Numbered from the stretch's first letter, positions 13,501 through 26,734 are shown. The stretch: DNA of 64,000 bases from Phoronis australis (GCA_002633005.1 NMRA01000012.1:1353173-1417172); one strand, 5' to 3'. Made by a program: numbers and translations. Notes: a model not told the origin generated them from the letters alone.

Positions 13501-16500
13501 ATTCCGTTTTATGCTATTTTAGAGCTTTTTCATGCAAAAGTGGAAAATTTTAAAAACTATAGCATTTTAGAGAGTGGTGCATAAAGCTTAGTATTTAGAT
13601 GTTTCATATGGATCCGACCAGGAATTTCTTAGAATGGGATGACAAGCCACTAGAAGTCAGCCAAAAGTCGAATTTTTAATAGTCCATCAAAGTGGAAATT
13701 TTAAAAACATTTTCTAGCAGTATTTTGTCGTTGTACAAACCTTAGTATTTGAAAGTTTCATGTGAATCCGATCTGCCATTTCTGAGATACGATGTTTGAA
13801 ATTTAGCCAAATGTAGACACCTTTCCATGGTCCGACACTTGAGTGTAGACAACGCTGTTACACTGGAACAGGGTTGTGTTCCATGTATACGAGAAACTCG
13901 TAGAATAGCAAGATCACACAAGATCACACCAAATCATATGCGTTTAAGGCTAGTGTTTCACTAGTAGAATGCCCAGGACCTTAGTAGGTTGCCATACCAA
14001 AATGGTGGCCACTGAAGTGATTGGTCGGTGAGGTTGGAATGTTGAATTATGCGATATAATTCACTGTTTCCCGTCACGAGCAAAGATTTCATGCCATAAG
14101 TGTTTTGCAATTGTGATGGCTGTACGGAACGAACCCTGGGTCATAGGATGTGCTCATTTTGATGACTAATCGGTAATTAAACAAGTCATTCTTGGTGACT
14201 GAATTCGCTAAAGATTAAGCTTGAATTATATTAGTGAGCACAAGAAAATTCAAACTTGAACAAAATATCGAAATAAGTCAACATGCAGTTAAGCTTCTTT
14301 AAGTGTGGTCAAATTTAGCTAAGAAAGCTCAAGGTCTGTGAACATGTACCAGCAATATCCTGTCCTAACAATAGTCACAACCTAATAATTTCCAATTTGA
14401 CTAATTTGTTAATTATTGTTCCTGTAACTTACTGACTTAATGAGGATTTTTCCTGATGCCTCAGCTTTTTACCAAGAAATAAGTATGGCTATTGAGTTGT
14501 TAAATCCTTGGTAAAATTCAGATTTATTCACCACAGTTTTGTTAAAGTTAGATTTCTTCATCACAGTTTGGGTAAAATTCAGATTTCTTCATTCAGTATA
14601 GGACGCAACATGGCAGACAAGGGAAATTTTATTTTTTTCGTAAAAGATAAGTTACACCAAATATATGCTTTATCATTTTAAATTATTATGGTATATATCT
14701 ACAGTAACCATAGCTACAAAAGACGATGTTTTGAGAAATTCTTGGCATTCACAGTAATGTCCATTGTCGTTGAAAAATGAAATAAGATCAGTGTTGGCAA
14801 TTATTGTTTCCGAAATTGGTGGGATGTTACGGTACAATTTTAGTATTTGAGGTGTTTTCACTATTCAGTGTTGTCTATGGTGCCTATGAAAGCTGCAACA
14901 AACTTATTGTTGACTTTGATTTCACTCTTACAAAAGTATACGTCTAATTAACTTTCGTCTGGCCCGATAATGGCTTCTGTAGCCGCAGGCAAAGACTGTT
15001 AGTCTATCTGAGTATCAGTGGGGAAAAAACCTACTGACAGTATAATGGATGAGATCTATATGCTCAGTTTTGGAGAGTAATGGAAAATTAACAAATTTGC
15101 TTTAATTTTCGCCAGCAATTTTTCGCCTGAATAATTCATGTCGTCATCTTTTACGCAAATGGAGTTTGGACAGAGCTCTCTCCCATCTGTTCCATTGAGC
15201 GACAGATTTTACATTAGTTTTTTTAGTGCTCGTCTTTGTGCTAACATGGAAATTATTTTCTAAAACTTGCATAAGAGGCCTGTTCTCACTTAGCTGATCT
15301 GTAGAACATGCTTTGCATGCGATGTTTATTACTGAGCTACAGATTTGTTAAGGATGAAGTGTTATCATAGCAGGCAAGTTTAAATAGTTAAAAGCATAGT
15401 GTCTGTCTATATTCATAATTTGTCTTCTTCAAATTCGTAGGATTCCGAATGTAATGAAAAGCATACCAAAATGTAACAAAACAAAGAAGGTGGTTATTTT
15501 TAGGTACTTGCCTTTGGTGTCCCCTAATGCAGATTTGGTGTTTTGTTACCTGCCTGGTCAATGGTCCAGTAACGTCAACAGTTAGTTCCCTTACACGATG
15601 TCATTTTGATGTTTTGGACCATGTCACATAAAATTAAATAAAATTAAGGTGCCAAAATCAGAAATGATAATAGTAATGAAGTCAGATTTACGTAGGGCTG
15701 TAATTTACTAGGCACTTTGAAATTATTGTCTGGCTAAAGACGTGGTCAGTTTTAATTCTTCACTACTCCCTAGGAGCATACAATGGGTGCAACTGTTGTC
15801 GAACACAACAATTAATCCAAACATATAGTTTTGTTGTAAATTGACCACCTGTTATCTGAATCAGAAAAAAATCCAAGACTTGCATTTTTTTTGAAAGTAT
15901 GATGTGACTGCATTTCTATTCCTATTTGTGTGTCCAACTTACGTCATAATAGTGCTAGACAAGTCATCACTGAACATCAGAATGTTTTTGTGTCGTAAAC
16001 GTGTATTTAGCCCTTGTGGTCAGTTGCATGAAACAGTCCCAAATTGGGACTCAACTAAGGTCCTTAAGTCTTTTTGCGTATTCGTGTCTTTATCGACTCA
16101 CAGACGCAAAATTTTCTACCATTTCATCTTTATTATGATCTCCTATTTGGTTAATGACATTTTCTAACAATATTACTAAAAACTGAGCCCAAAGTACATT
16201 GAAAATAAATATTGAGTTAGTCCATAAATTGGAGGTGTTGCATGAAAAGATCCCTAATTATTTTCGATAATATTGACAATTCAACGTAGAGTTCACTCTC
16301 GATTTGTATCAAAGTCAAAAGTTGACTTAGTAATGAAACTAAAACAATACAAGAAAGGGCAATTTATGTTTTCACAAGTCCAAAAATACGCAATAGATTT
16401 AGGGAACTTAGTTGAGTCCCTATTTGGGACTGTTTCATGCAACCGGGCTCTGGTGTATACATGTGAAACTGCATCTATATCTGAAATTATATGCACGTGC

Positions 16501-18280
16501 TTCATGTGTAAAAACTTAAGTTAAACCAAGCATAAAATTTCTTAAGTATTCTATCTGTAAATCTTGATGTATCTGATATAAAGTGTCTGGATATATTTTC
16601 AATGTAATGTTATGTAGGACTTAATTGACAACTCCATACATTTAGCCAAATATCTATTAAACTATAGAATTTAACATGACCAAATTTCGTATGATATAAA
16701 TGTTCAAGATAAAGTCTCAAAAAGCGTTCTTACAGTTTTCTAAATTATCGTTTCATTTTAGTTTTATACAACTTGGATTTTTTTAATGAAAATCATGCAT
16801 GTCCTGTTTTTGATAGCCCCTCATGCAAAAGTGTTACATTTCAAACACAATTCCTTACACTAAGCATAGTATCTGTATGTTTCATGTGAATCCAATCTGC
16901 CATTTCTGAGTTGCAGTGTTCCGAAGTTGGCCAAAATTGGACATTTTCCTATGGTCCTCCGTAACTTTAACTCTTAACTATTGAATAAAAGGTATTAAGA
17001 ATGGATGAAAGAAAGACTCACGAATAACATCAAATTGAAGACGCATGTGCAAGTGGTAGCATTTGAGTGATGCTTAATCACATACACCCACATGCGCAGC
17101 ACTTAAGTAAAAAAATTGTTTGCCAACAAAGCATTTTTTTGAATGAAGACGCATATGCCTTAATATGCTAATAAGTCATTGTTGAAGTGGTGCTTGGAAG
17201 TATTCTGCAAGGTACAAAGAGCTTTGTTTACTGACCAGCGGTTCCGTCAGGTTGGAACTAAAGGTTAGCTAATTTAGAAGAGCCATCCAATATTAACATG
17301 GTGTAAAAGTACTGCCCTTCAGCTATATCAATAATGTGTCACCATTATAGAAATAGCAATGTGTTACAGCCTCTGGGTGAGGTGCTCATATTGTTAATGT
17401 CTTTAGGCTACTGATGGTTTTTAAGCCACTGTTTGTATTTGTGTTGGTGATATTGTGTCCGCCGATTGAACCAGGAAGTACTGTACAAGCTCACCTGTAG
17501 CTGCAGTTATGATTTGTCAGCAAATTTGATATGATTTTTGGCTCAAAACATCAATATCAAGATTGTCATGTTCTAGAGCCATGAAGGATCTCTGTGTTCT
17601 TATTTAAATTAGTGTTCCTGAAAGTTCCTAACTTGTATTTAATTAAGTCTGTCATAATTAATATATTTTAGTTTGGAATATAAAATGGATGGTGGGAGTC
17701 ATCGTAAAGTAAACTATTTTGAGGATTTCTTTTACTCTGGAATACTCTGAAAGTGTTAAATTGTGGTAGTGATGTTGGTAGATCCTTGAATTGTGAAAAA
17801 CCGTATAGGAAAATCTCACCAGTTTTGGAGAAAAATAATTAGCTCTATTCATTTCTGAAGGGAGATTTTAGCCATGTAGTGACAGAGATAAAATTATTGT
17901 CTAACATGTTCTCATGTTCTTTATTGCAGGTCACTGTGGAGGCAACAGTTGAGCATCCATTTTATGTGTTCAACCGCGGGTGGTCATCTTGCCAACCTCA
18001 GAGGACCCTACAGAGGTTTGGTCTGGACTGCAGCCAACTCCAAGTTGGCGACTTGTGCATTTCTCTCACACAAAAACACATTCAGCCACCCGTCGTCACA
18101 GTGCCCAGTGGTGCTCATGAGGCGACCTCTGGTGTCAAGTCATCGGTGGCGGCACCACAAGTGGGTGGGCATGGTGGAGGATCGGCAGGGAACTCGCGGA
18201 AAAGGCGTTGGTCAGCGCCTGATCAGTTCCAGTCGGATGAGCGAGACAAGCAAGACTCACCTACGGCGGAGAAAACGTGA
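10516..18280 (+). CDS. ATXN1: Ataxin-1 / ataxin-1-like AXH-domain protein; coding exons ~10516..11822 (exon acceptor at 10477/10478; frame break at N 11610) and 17930..18280
   Basis: After the N at 11610 the frame reads FPPHFNKGSIIQLANGELKRVEELRTEDFVDSADHSSDLKIDSSTVVRIDQQPEKGTVILGFSVGEHRVQ|gtaatt, joined through ttattgcag| to VTVEATVEHPFYVFNRGWSSCQPQRTLQRFGLDCSQLQVGDLCISLT. This is a full AXH domain closely resembling human ataxin-1 (KGSIIQLANGELKKVEDL...GWSSC...VGDVCISLT). A C-terminal RKRRWSAP motif lies at 18197-18220 and a Pro/Ser/Tyr-rich N-terminal ORF at 10480-11609. The start is uncertain: first in-frame ATG at 10516, and an upstream coding exon is possible. Confidence 0.93.
13080..13165. 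repeat. ~20-bp degenerate minisatellite (GNTTGGNCAATATTATNCAA-like) x4
   Basis: aaggttggccattattattc / aagcttggacaatattatgc / acgcttgggcaatataact / gaggttggccaatattattc. Confidence 0.7.
16023..16443. mobile_element. MITE (PIF/Harbinger-like) with ~60-bp TIRs in the ataxin-1 AXH intron
   Basis: GTTGCATGAAACAGTCCCAAATTGGGACTCAACTAAG at 16023 is mirrored by CTTAGTTGAGTCCCTATTTGGGACTGTTTCATGCAAC ending 16443. Outer AGCCC/GGGCT ends at 16009/16449, and a partial internal copy near 16237. The family assignment is inferred. Confidence 0.8.
16676..16958 (+). repeat. Dispersed interspersed repeat family (other copies ~4325-4480 rev, ~13690-13835, ~23898-24200, ~30290-30430 rev)
   Basis: Shared core gtttcatgtgaatcc(g/a)atctgccatttctgag...ggccaaa. 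16676-16775 aligns by eye with 23898-23998 (gaccaaat.tcgtatgat.taaatgttcaag.taaa.tc.caaaaagcg.tct.acag.tttctaa.ttatcgtttc). Confidence 0.7.
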
Positions 18281-18460
18281 TGATGGAGACTATAGGTTAA
18301 CATGGCTGCATCTCACCTCGAGGTCAATCAGTGCATATCTCACAATGCAGTTGATTTGTCAGCCGGTATATTCCATGACACAATTGTACACATTGCATAA
18401 GTTCATAGTTTCTAAATGCAGTGTTGAAGAAATCTAGCGTTACTCCATTAAATGCATGTA

Positions 18461-18860
18461 CCGTACTTTTCCGGGTAAACGCTCTTGTTTGGCTTAGCTC
18501 CCACCTTCGAAATTTCCCAATTTTCACTTTTAAACGCCCATTCTAGACTTAGCGCCCATCCTCGGATGAGTGCCAGTGTCTTTGTGAATACCCGTCTCTT
18601 TCGAGTTTTAGCTCTCAAAACATATGCGGCAAAAATGCACACCTTTTACTGAAGGAGACAGAGCATCATTCTTTTGGCTCATGCGCATTACAATATTATC
18701 GAACACGGGTGCAAAAATGGTGAAGGCATTTTTATGAGTGAATTGATCATTTGTTTAAATTCTCATCCCAAAATTTCGATTGGTGCTCGGCTGAATGCCC
18801 ACCACTTTGATTTTTTTAATTTCCCAATTAAAATGCCACTTGTAACCTGGAGAAGTGCGG
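18461..18860. mobile_element. 400-bp Tc1/mariner(pogo)-type MITE with TA target duplication, 180 nt downstream of the ataxin-1 stop
   Basis: ta|CCGTACTTTTCCGGGTAAAC ... GTAACCTGGAGAAGTGCGG|ta: imperfect TIRs flanked by TA on both sides. Confidence 0.75.
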
Positions 18861-21800
18861 TATAGTCTGAGTCTTTCAGCAAGTCACCTGTGTTCAGTAA
18901 GTAAGTGTGACAACCACGAAGACAAAAATATCATTGAGGCAATATTTCCAGTTATGTTCATGGTTGTCACCTTTGTCATTTTTATGTCTAGAATTTTAAT
19001 ACAGAAACAGAATTAGGCATTTAAATTTCATTGTGAATCAAAATATTGAACTTGGGAAGTAGATGTTAAAAGTGAATGTCTTATCATTGTTTAACCATTA
19101 AAAATGGTGTGAAATTAGGTTGTTCAATTTTTGTTGTGACTGATTTTAAACACTATGTTGTTGTTTTGGCATGAGAAATTGGCATTGATTTTGTTTTGGC
19201 TTGTGTATTGTAATATTACGGTCAATTGAGATGCATGGATAATTGTCAATTGTTTCTCAATTTTCTGTTTTAAGAAGCTCATCGATCATGTTCTGAACAC
19301 TCGGTGTCTTCGTATAAGATTTAGCAGGAATTATCCAGGTCTCTGGATATATATACTTTCTATATTGCTTGTTGTTTTAATCCTTAAATGGCCAAACACT
19401 GAGTCTTTGGGTGTATACCAACGTTCACTGGGACCATTTCATTTGATTGTGTAATTTGTTTTATTAAAGCACAATGCACTGAATTGAAATTACCATTTGT
19501 GATACTGTCTTTTCATGGATATTGCTAATAAAGTTTCTGTGTTGTGGCAAATTGGTAAATGGTGATGGTGTCTATCCTGATAGTGGCAACATTGTCTTTT
19601 TGAATGATTACAATATTAATAGTCTTGAGACACCAACTTTGGAAAAAATAACTACCAAAATTGCCAGAAGCACTCAGCATTCCTGTGATTGCACTCAGTT
19701 TTTTTTTTCCAAAATACTGTCCGACACAGAAAGAATACAAAGCATAACCTTGATGGTGCTTATGCCTTATGAAAAAAAATGAAAAAATGTTATTTCAGAT
19801 GTGCTAAATTTAGGATCTTTTACCATTGCTTGTCCAGAGCCACCTTTTGTAAGTCCAGTTTCTTGAGAGTTTGGGGAGACAATGCATGTCTTGGTGAGAC
19901 ATCACTATGCATTACAGGCGAAGCTTGTGATTGCATTCTTTCACTTGCCGTTATTGTGTTCCCTTTTAACCCATTGTTTAAACGTATCCAGGGGCTGTTA
20001 CATTGCAGTTTTAGCATAATTTTGCATACTTGTTGATTGCTAGAGCCCATCATTTGGCCTTTTTTAGATCACATGTATGTAGAAGGTAGAAAAATATCAA
20101 ACCCAAACCATCAGTTTTTGCTTATTTAAGCAAACTTAAGCGAATTGTTAAATTGATGTCACGTGTCCGCATCGTTTTGTATAGGGAAGGTTCAGTTTCT
20201 TGTATCCATCTATTGCCAGATACAGATTGACTTCACGAACTGGAATGGACGAGTCTTGTTGGTACTCTTGTATTGTTGAACATGTCGGATTTAATGTGAA
20301 ATTTAGACTCTGATGAATTTGTTACCTTGAGCAGATGCAGCCATGTTTCCGTTGGATGATCTCGCCCCGTGGGTGAGTTGAATGGTGTATTTATTAACCG
20401 CGATTCTTTCAGACAACTTTTGGGCATGTAAATAATGTTGTGTCATGGAGAGGATAGCTCAAGTCGAACGATGATCTCAGTCAATGTGGAGTATCCAGAG
20501 TCGGGGCTTATATAAAAATATATTATATTCTTTGTGTACATTTTCGGACAATACACATGTATATTGTATGCTTGTTTTGTTCCTTGCTTGTGTCTGTCAT
20601 GGAATCATGAGATTCACAACCATTTTACTTTTTTAATTTTGTTTACAGTTTTAACACAGTAAAACTTCTCTCTGACTCTAACAGTATGAATCCTATGAGG
20701 TTTGCCACTTGTTTTTCTGATCATAGGTTTAGAAGACAGTGTTAAACGTAAAGCGGCTACTAACCGGCGTTCTGTCTAAGAAACTATTTGGTTTAGATCT
20801 GTTACAGTTATAAATCTCAACTTGCTTATTACTCAGATGAGAAATGATTTCAAGTCCTGGGAAAAATTCGTTTTACTCGAGACCATGCTAGACACAAGGA
20901 AAAGACCTACGTGATAAGCCACTGTCTTCACTGAGGCCATGGCGAATTGTCAGGTCTTTTACCAAGCCAAGAAATCATCAAATTTGACTAAAGAACAATT
21001 TGATACAAAATATACTGTGGTAAGTGATAAAAGTCAAATGTTAGTTTTTGACGAAAGGGGATTCATAGTCACTTTAATTATGTGATTATTTCATAATTTC
21101 CAGGCTTGTTATAAAACCTCGTAATTATTTCAGTGTTTGCAAAATGACTTATTTTGGTTTGCCCTATGTTAAAAAGTCGCTTGCAAAATATACTGAAACA
21201 CAAAAGATTATTTAAACTCCTCACTTGAGTTTATTGTGTAAAACCTTGTGTGCGTTCTGCAGACACAAGGAACTAGTGTAAAAGCAAGACCACGCAAAAT
21301 TACCCGTGTGAAAGGCGAGTGTTTTGTTGGGTATGCTCGGGACCAAATTGGCGTAAACTATCCTGGCCACTCAACTGAGAGAACAACTTGTACAAAAATT
21401 CGCAAAAAATAGCAATATTTTTATAAGCCTTAATCCTGGTGCGATGAATAAAATGCTTAAAAAGTTCACTTCGTTGAAAATCTAAGGTAAGTGACTGCGT
21501 AATGGTACAGTATATTTTGACATTGACGGACAGAAAAGTTGTTACATTCATAGACAACACGTAGCCCCGCGGTTGGCCGGTTAGGGGCTGCACAGGCAAC
21601 ACGTAACCCCTCGGTTGGTATGCCTTCGGCATCCAGGGCGATGTAATTGCCTAGGGGCTACAAAGCACGCTTTCTGTACTAACTTCTTCCCGTGTATTTC
21701 AAACGGGCGGTAGGTAAAATCAGCTCACCACCGATTAAGGGTTTTCACCTCGTCAAGAATACATTCTACATTTATAACTACCACTTAAAAAGGCACTTAA

Positions 21801-22863
21801 TTTCTGCAGTGAACCTTTTGCTTCTACACATATCTTCGATAAAGCATAGCTACGAGAATTGATGTGATTTTGGCGAAAAATTCCAACTCCACTTTTTTGG
21901 TCACGGTTAACTTTTTCACCGCGCGCGTGATAACCACAAGGTATTTCAACTGAGACACGTGAGTTTGGCAAAGGCTAGCGCGAGGCTCATGAGCGAAGCA
22001 CGTGACCTAGGGCGTGAAACTTGCAAAATAGCATGGGGAGATATCAGGTGCAATTTGTAAGATTGGTGTCCCTTGGACTAACACGCGTGATTGTACGTAA
22101 CTTTCTCAAAATGGCACCCGGTGAGAGGAACTGAGCGAATCGTGACAGATTTTCATGGATATGTTCAAGTTATGTTGACTAAATTGTATCCAGAATCATC
22201 TTATGTGTTAATTATTACTCCATGTGCATACATGCATGTTTCATTCATTTGCTGTATTTTGAAATAAGTTACTAAGGGGATGTACTATCGCCCCTGTATG
22301 CCTGCGTCATTCAGGGCAATGTAATTGCCTATAACATTCAAAGGTATGCTTCGCCTATTAAAGAAGCCTGGAACGCGAAAAACAGACTAAATTGCATTAT
22401 TCGAATTGGTTCAGTGCCACTGAAACAGAATTCAACCAGTTCACCAGATCTTTTTACGGTTTGTTCGTAGAGATTTTGAATTTCTGTTGATGTCAAAGCA
22501 TCTTTTCTTTAGTTTCAAATTTCAAAACGAACCTGTCAACTGGTCGCCACTTCGTTCATTTTTCTCCCACAATGCAAAGTATGTATCCTTATATGGTATA
22601 AGACATAGACGTAGCACATTTCCCTTATTTGGAAAATGTAGCCTTCGATCTTTGATGTAAGCAAAACAATCGCGACTTTAAGCAACAGTCAGTCCGATTT
22701 AGAGGCAATTGATGTAAGTCCTGTTTAAAATTATCATGATAGTACTCAATCACACATATTCTGAAATGCACTTGGAATTCTTTTTTGGAAAATTGCTTAC
22801 TTCACTGGCTTGCCTCATACTGTGCTATCGATCTCAGATTCGGAGTGCGATCCAATGAGCTTT

Positions 22864-22908
22864 ATATATACATATACATATACATATTACATATACATAT
22901 ACATATAT
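22864..22908. repeat. (ATATAC)n / (AT)n microsatellite
   Basis: Direct reading. Confidence 0.8.
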
Positions 22909-25900
22909 CAAATTGGTGCGATCACACATATCCATCCCGTCAGACAGCTGCTTGTCGAATGACTGTGAGCGCATGCGCGCATTTATCATAAGTGGGAGGG
23001 AGATCTGAAACCATGTCTGTGGAGGCTACAGAGTTTTTCCTGCGCGCGTATGTCAAAAATCGTGAATTTTATGATTATTTTTCTGGAAATTCCCTCACAG
23101 GGGAAAGTGAATAACTCTGTACTAGACGTTGAGAGAAAGTACTTTTGCCAAGAATTGTTTTAAAGATATTTTTGACGAGCTTTCGCGTTCTTGTGGCTAA
23201 AAACAGAAATTAAATTCTCATCGGTCTCCTATAATGTTTCTTACTGTGATAGTATTCCATTTCCGTTACCAACAAGAACACTGAAACCATGAGCGACTCA
23301 AGAAAGCGATTCAGAGTTAATTGGATTTGGCCAACTCTAAAACTGCGCATGTTACCGTTGTTTTTCCACCTGCTTAGCTAGCTAAAATTGAATCTCGAAT
23401 TGGGTCTTTCCTGGGACAAAAGTCGGTCTCACAATATTCCTAAGTACTAGGATTCTATTTGTTACCGACACGAACACCGATACCATCAACAACTCAAGAT
23501 AACGCTTCACTGAAAAGCCAGTTACAAGAGTGCCGTAATTAGCTAGCTTCAGAGTTTGTTGGGCGTTGGTCAACCCTAAAATTGCGAATTAAAAAATGGC
23601 GCATGTAAGCAAAATTATCTATGACTTGAGTTGGCGGCTCATTTGGCAACAATTCAAGATCGGATGAGTGTGGCAGTGGCAAGTTTCAGGTCACGTGGGG
23701 TCTTATTGACAAGTCTAAATTTAGCCAAATATCCAAGATGAAAATTTACTAAGCAATAGTGTTTTTTTATAAACCAGAAATTCCTTAGAATTTTATTATT
23801 GACTTACTTATCTGCCATTAATAAGCTCACGTGAATGCTTTTTAGTAAAATTTAGCAAAAGGAGAGGTACATTCCGAGCAAAGCGACAGGGTCAATTATA
23901 CGACCAAATCTCGTATGATCTAAATGTTCAAGTTAAAATCCCAAAAAGCGCTCTGACAGCTTTCTAATTTATCGTTTCGATTTAGTTTTATGCAAATTTT
24001 AGTTCTTTTCAAAAAGTCACACAAGTCCTAATTTTTATAGTCCCTCGGTCAAAAATGGAACATTCGAAAAACGATTCCTAACAGCGTGTTGGAAAACAAT
24101 GCATAAAGCACGATATCTGATTAAAGCGTCATGTGAATCAGCATTTTCTGACATACGGTGTTCCGAAGATGGCCAAATTGGAAATTTTTCTAGAGTCCCA
24201 CGTCGATAATTCACCATTGAGATCTAAACGGACAAAATAGCCCTCTTCAATAAAAAAATGGTTCAATACTTCTCGCATTCATCAACGAACCTCAATGGAA
24301 ATCAAAAAGCGACTAACGCATTTCGCAAATCAGGGTACCTCCTTTAATTGCTTGACAGCATTTTAACTTTTGTTTACGTGGATTGCACACGTATGTTCCC
24401 ACACCTGTAATCCACCATGCTGCTGTTCAGATTGACGCATAGACTGTTGAGATCTCGTGAGGCATTTTAATATCTGTACCGGCTACTTTTGTAGAACTTA
24501 CTGAATACGTTTTGCACTACCAAGATAAATTCAAAAGTATGCATTTAAAATCGACTCTCGATTTTTATGAAACTTAATAAACAGGTTTCTATTAAAGGGT
24601 TGACAGGATTCCGTTTTCGGGTAGATTCGATGTATAGTGGATATTTTTATTATCATGAAATTTTGCAAATAGGTTGCTATTAAAAAGACAACGCCTTCTC
24701 ATTTTCGGGCGGATTTGGATTTTTGGATGGGTTTAAGGTATTCTGAGCCATCTAATGGCCATTTTTATGATACAAGTAAACATCCCTTGAAGCACATCGT
24801 TTGCGGTGCAGTGGTGGGCGCATTTCAACACTCCGCGTTGCTCTTGTTTATGATACTGTCGTTGTCATTACTTTATGCTCGACCAAAATTGATCCTTTTG
24901 CCTCGGTCGAATTTTTGATTTAGTTTTTCATGAAGTGTTCCACTAGAATAAATTTTGAGCGTAATTTGCGTTCGTGAATTGACCACAAATGTTGAAGAAA
25001 AATTCATTTTAGTATCCAAATTGATTTTTTTACCACCGAAGTAAAAGGCGTCAATAGATACTACTGAAAATGATTTTAGAAAATCACCATGTTGGCCGAG
25101 AAGTTTACTTTGAGGCAATATATATTTCAAAAGATTACACCGTGTCAGAAAACGAATAAGCAGTGAAATTCACACGAGAACTAATTGCAATGGCAAATGA
25201 AGCAGAAACTAATGCGCCAACCCCCTCGAAGTGCAAATTAATGAGAGCTGGACGCTGGTGTGCGTACGTTTAGCAAATCATCCATCGTTATATGAAACAG
25301 GTACAATTAACACATCATTAGCAATTATATTGCACACCCAGTATGCACACTCCGTAATATTGACCTTATGAAAGCCTTTACTGCAGCCAAAGCGTAGCAG
25401 GGAATCGAAAGCACGGCGGAGGTATAAACAGGTAGTTTGCAGTACGTGCAAAGACGCGTGAAAAACCTCGTATGGTGGATGTGACTTTATTTAGATAATT
25501 CTAGTGTCTACTGTAGTTTCAATATACTTGTATTCATTCTCAACGTCTAATTTGGTAGGTCATTTACTGATCGCAGTCACTGGACTTCGAAAAAATATGT
25601 CAGATTGAATCTAGTGTGTATGATTTGACACTTTTAGTAGTGCTGAAATTAGTTAATGAAATAATCGTAGTGATTTCAATTATTATTTATAATTTCAAAA
25701 TAACACTAAACGACCGTATTTTTTTAGATTCGGTGGCCTAGTATATGTTATATTTTTGTGCGCCATCTTGTGAGATGACTAACACTGACTGTACCCACTT
25801 CCTCGGGCGTCAATGGGTCAACTTTAGAATGCTTGCGAGGGCATTGTTTCTGCTTATGTCACAGAAGAAATAAGAAAATGAAATTCGTTGAAATTTCCAC

Positions 25901-26044
25901 TTAATAACAACCTGAACATGGCTTCACCGAGACCCCAGATTTCGCGCCTCCAGTCTCAACGTTTAGTCAGTTGTCCAGAACAGAACAAGCGTAGTTATAT
26001 ATTTTAGTCTACTGGTTAGTCTACTGCTTATATATTTTTGTATG

Positions 26045-26358
26045 CAGTGGCGGATTTAGGGGGTGGGTGGCAAGGGGGACATGGCCCCCCTAAAATGCTC
26101 CCAGATACCACTTGGCAGCTCGAGGTGCGAATTGCTGATTAGCATATGCGCGCACCCAGGGGGCTCGATGGGGACGAATGCACAATGCATAGGCCTTGAA
26201 CAAACCCTGTTTACCGTTTTTTTTAGTAATAAGGTCCACAAACCCAAAAATTTGAGACCCCTGAATCCCTACATTTTGACTGGGCGCGCTCGTGTGGCGG
26301 AATTCTGGTTGTTCCTCTGGCCTAGCCCCCCTAACTCAAAATCCTGGATCCGCCCCTG
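26045..26358. mobile_element. Non-autonomous DNA transposon (CAGTGGCGGAT...ATCCGCCCCTG TIRs) with 5-bp TSD GTATG
   Basis: gtatg|CAGTGGCGGATTTAGG ... CCTGGATCCGCCCCTG|gtatg. A similar left end (CAGTGGCAGATCTAGG) starts at 63891. Confidence 0.8.

Positions 26359-26361
<3 letters not shown>

Positions 26362-26436
<75 letters not shown>
26362..26436. repeat. Perfect (TG)n microsatellite abutting the MITE
   Basis: Direct reading; about 37 TG units. Confidence 0.95.
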
Positions 26437-26440
<4 letters not shown>

Positions 26441-26734
26441 ATAGTACAAACATCAACCATTAGGGATACAATTATCAATTTTCGTTTCTTAACAAGTTAT
26501 TTTACTAAATGTAAATAAGCAAATTAATCATTTTTGGAATTTTATTTTTAATGTTAAAAAGGTAGGCTTTATTATTTACAATACAAACCCGACATCTGGA
26601 GACCAAAGGGACAAATAGGAAACACTAAAGAGGCCGTCGCCAATTTAGAACATAGTAAATTCCTAAAAAGATACCATACAATAGTCCAAAGGTTCACAAA
26701 TCCGCCAAATGCTGGCATTTTTAAGAAGTCCATA

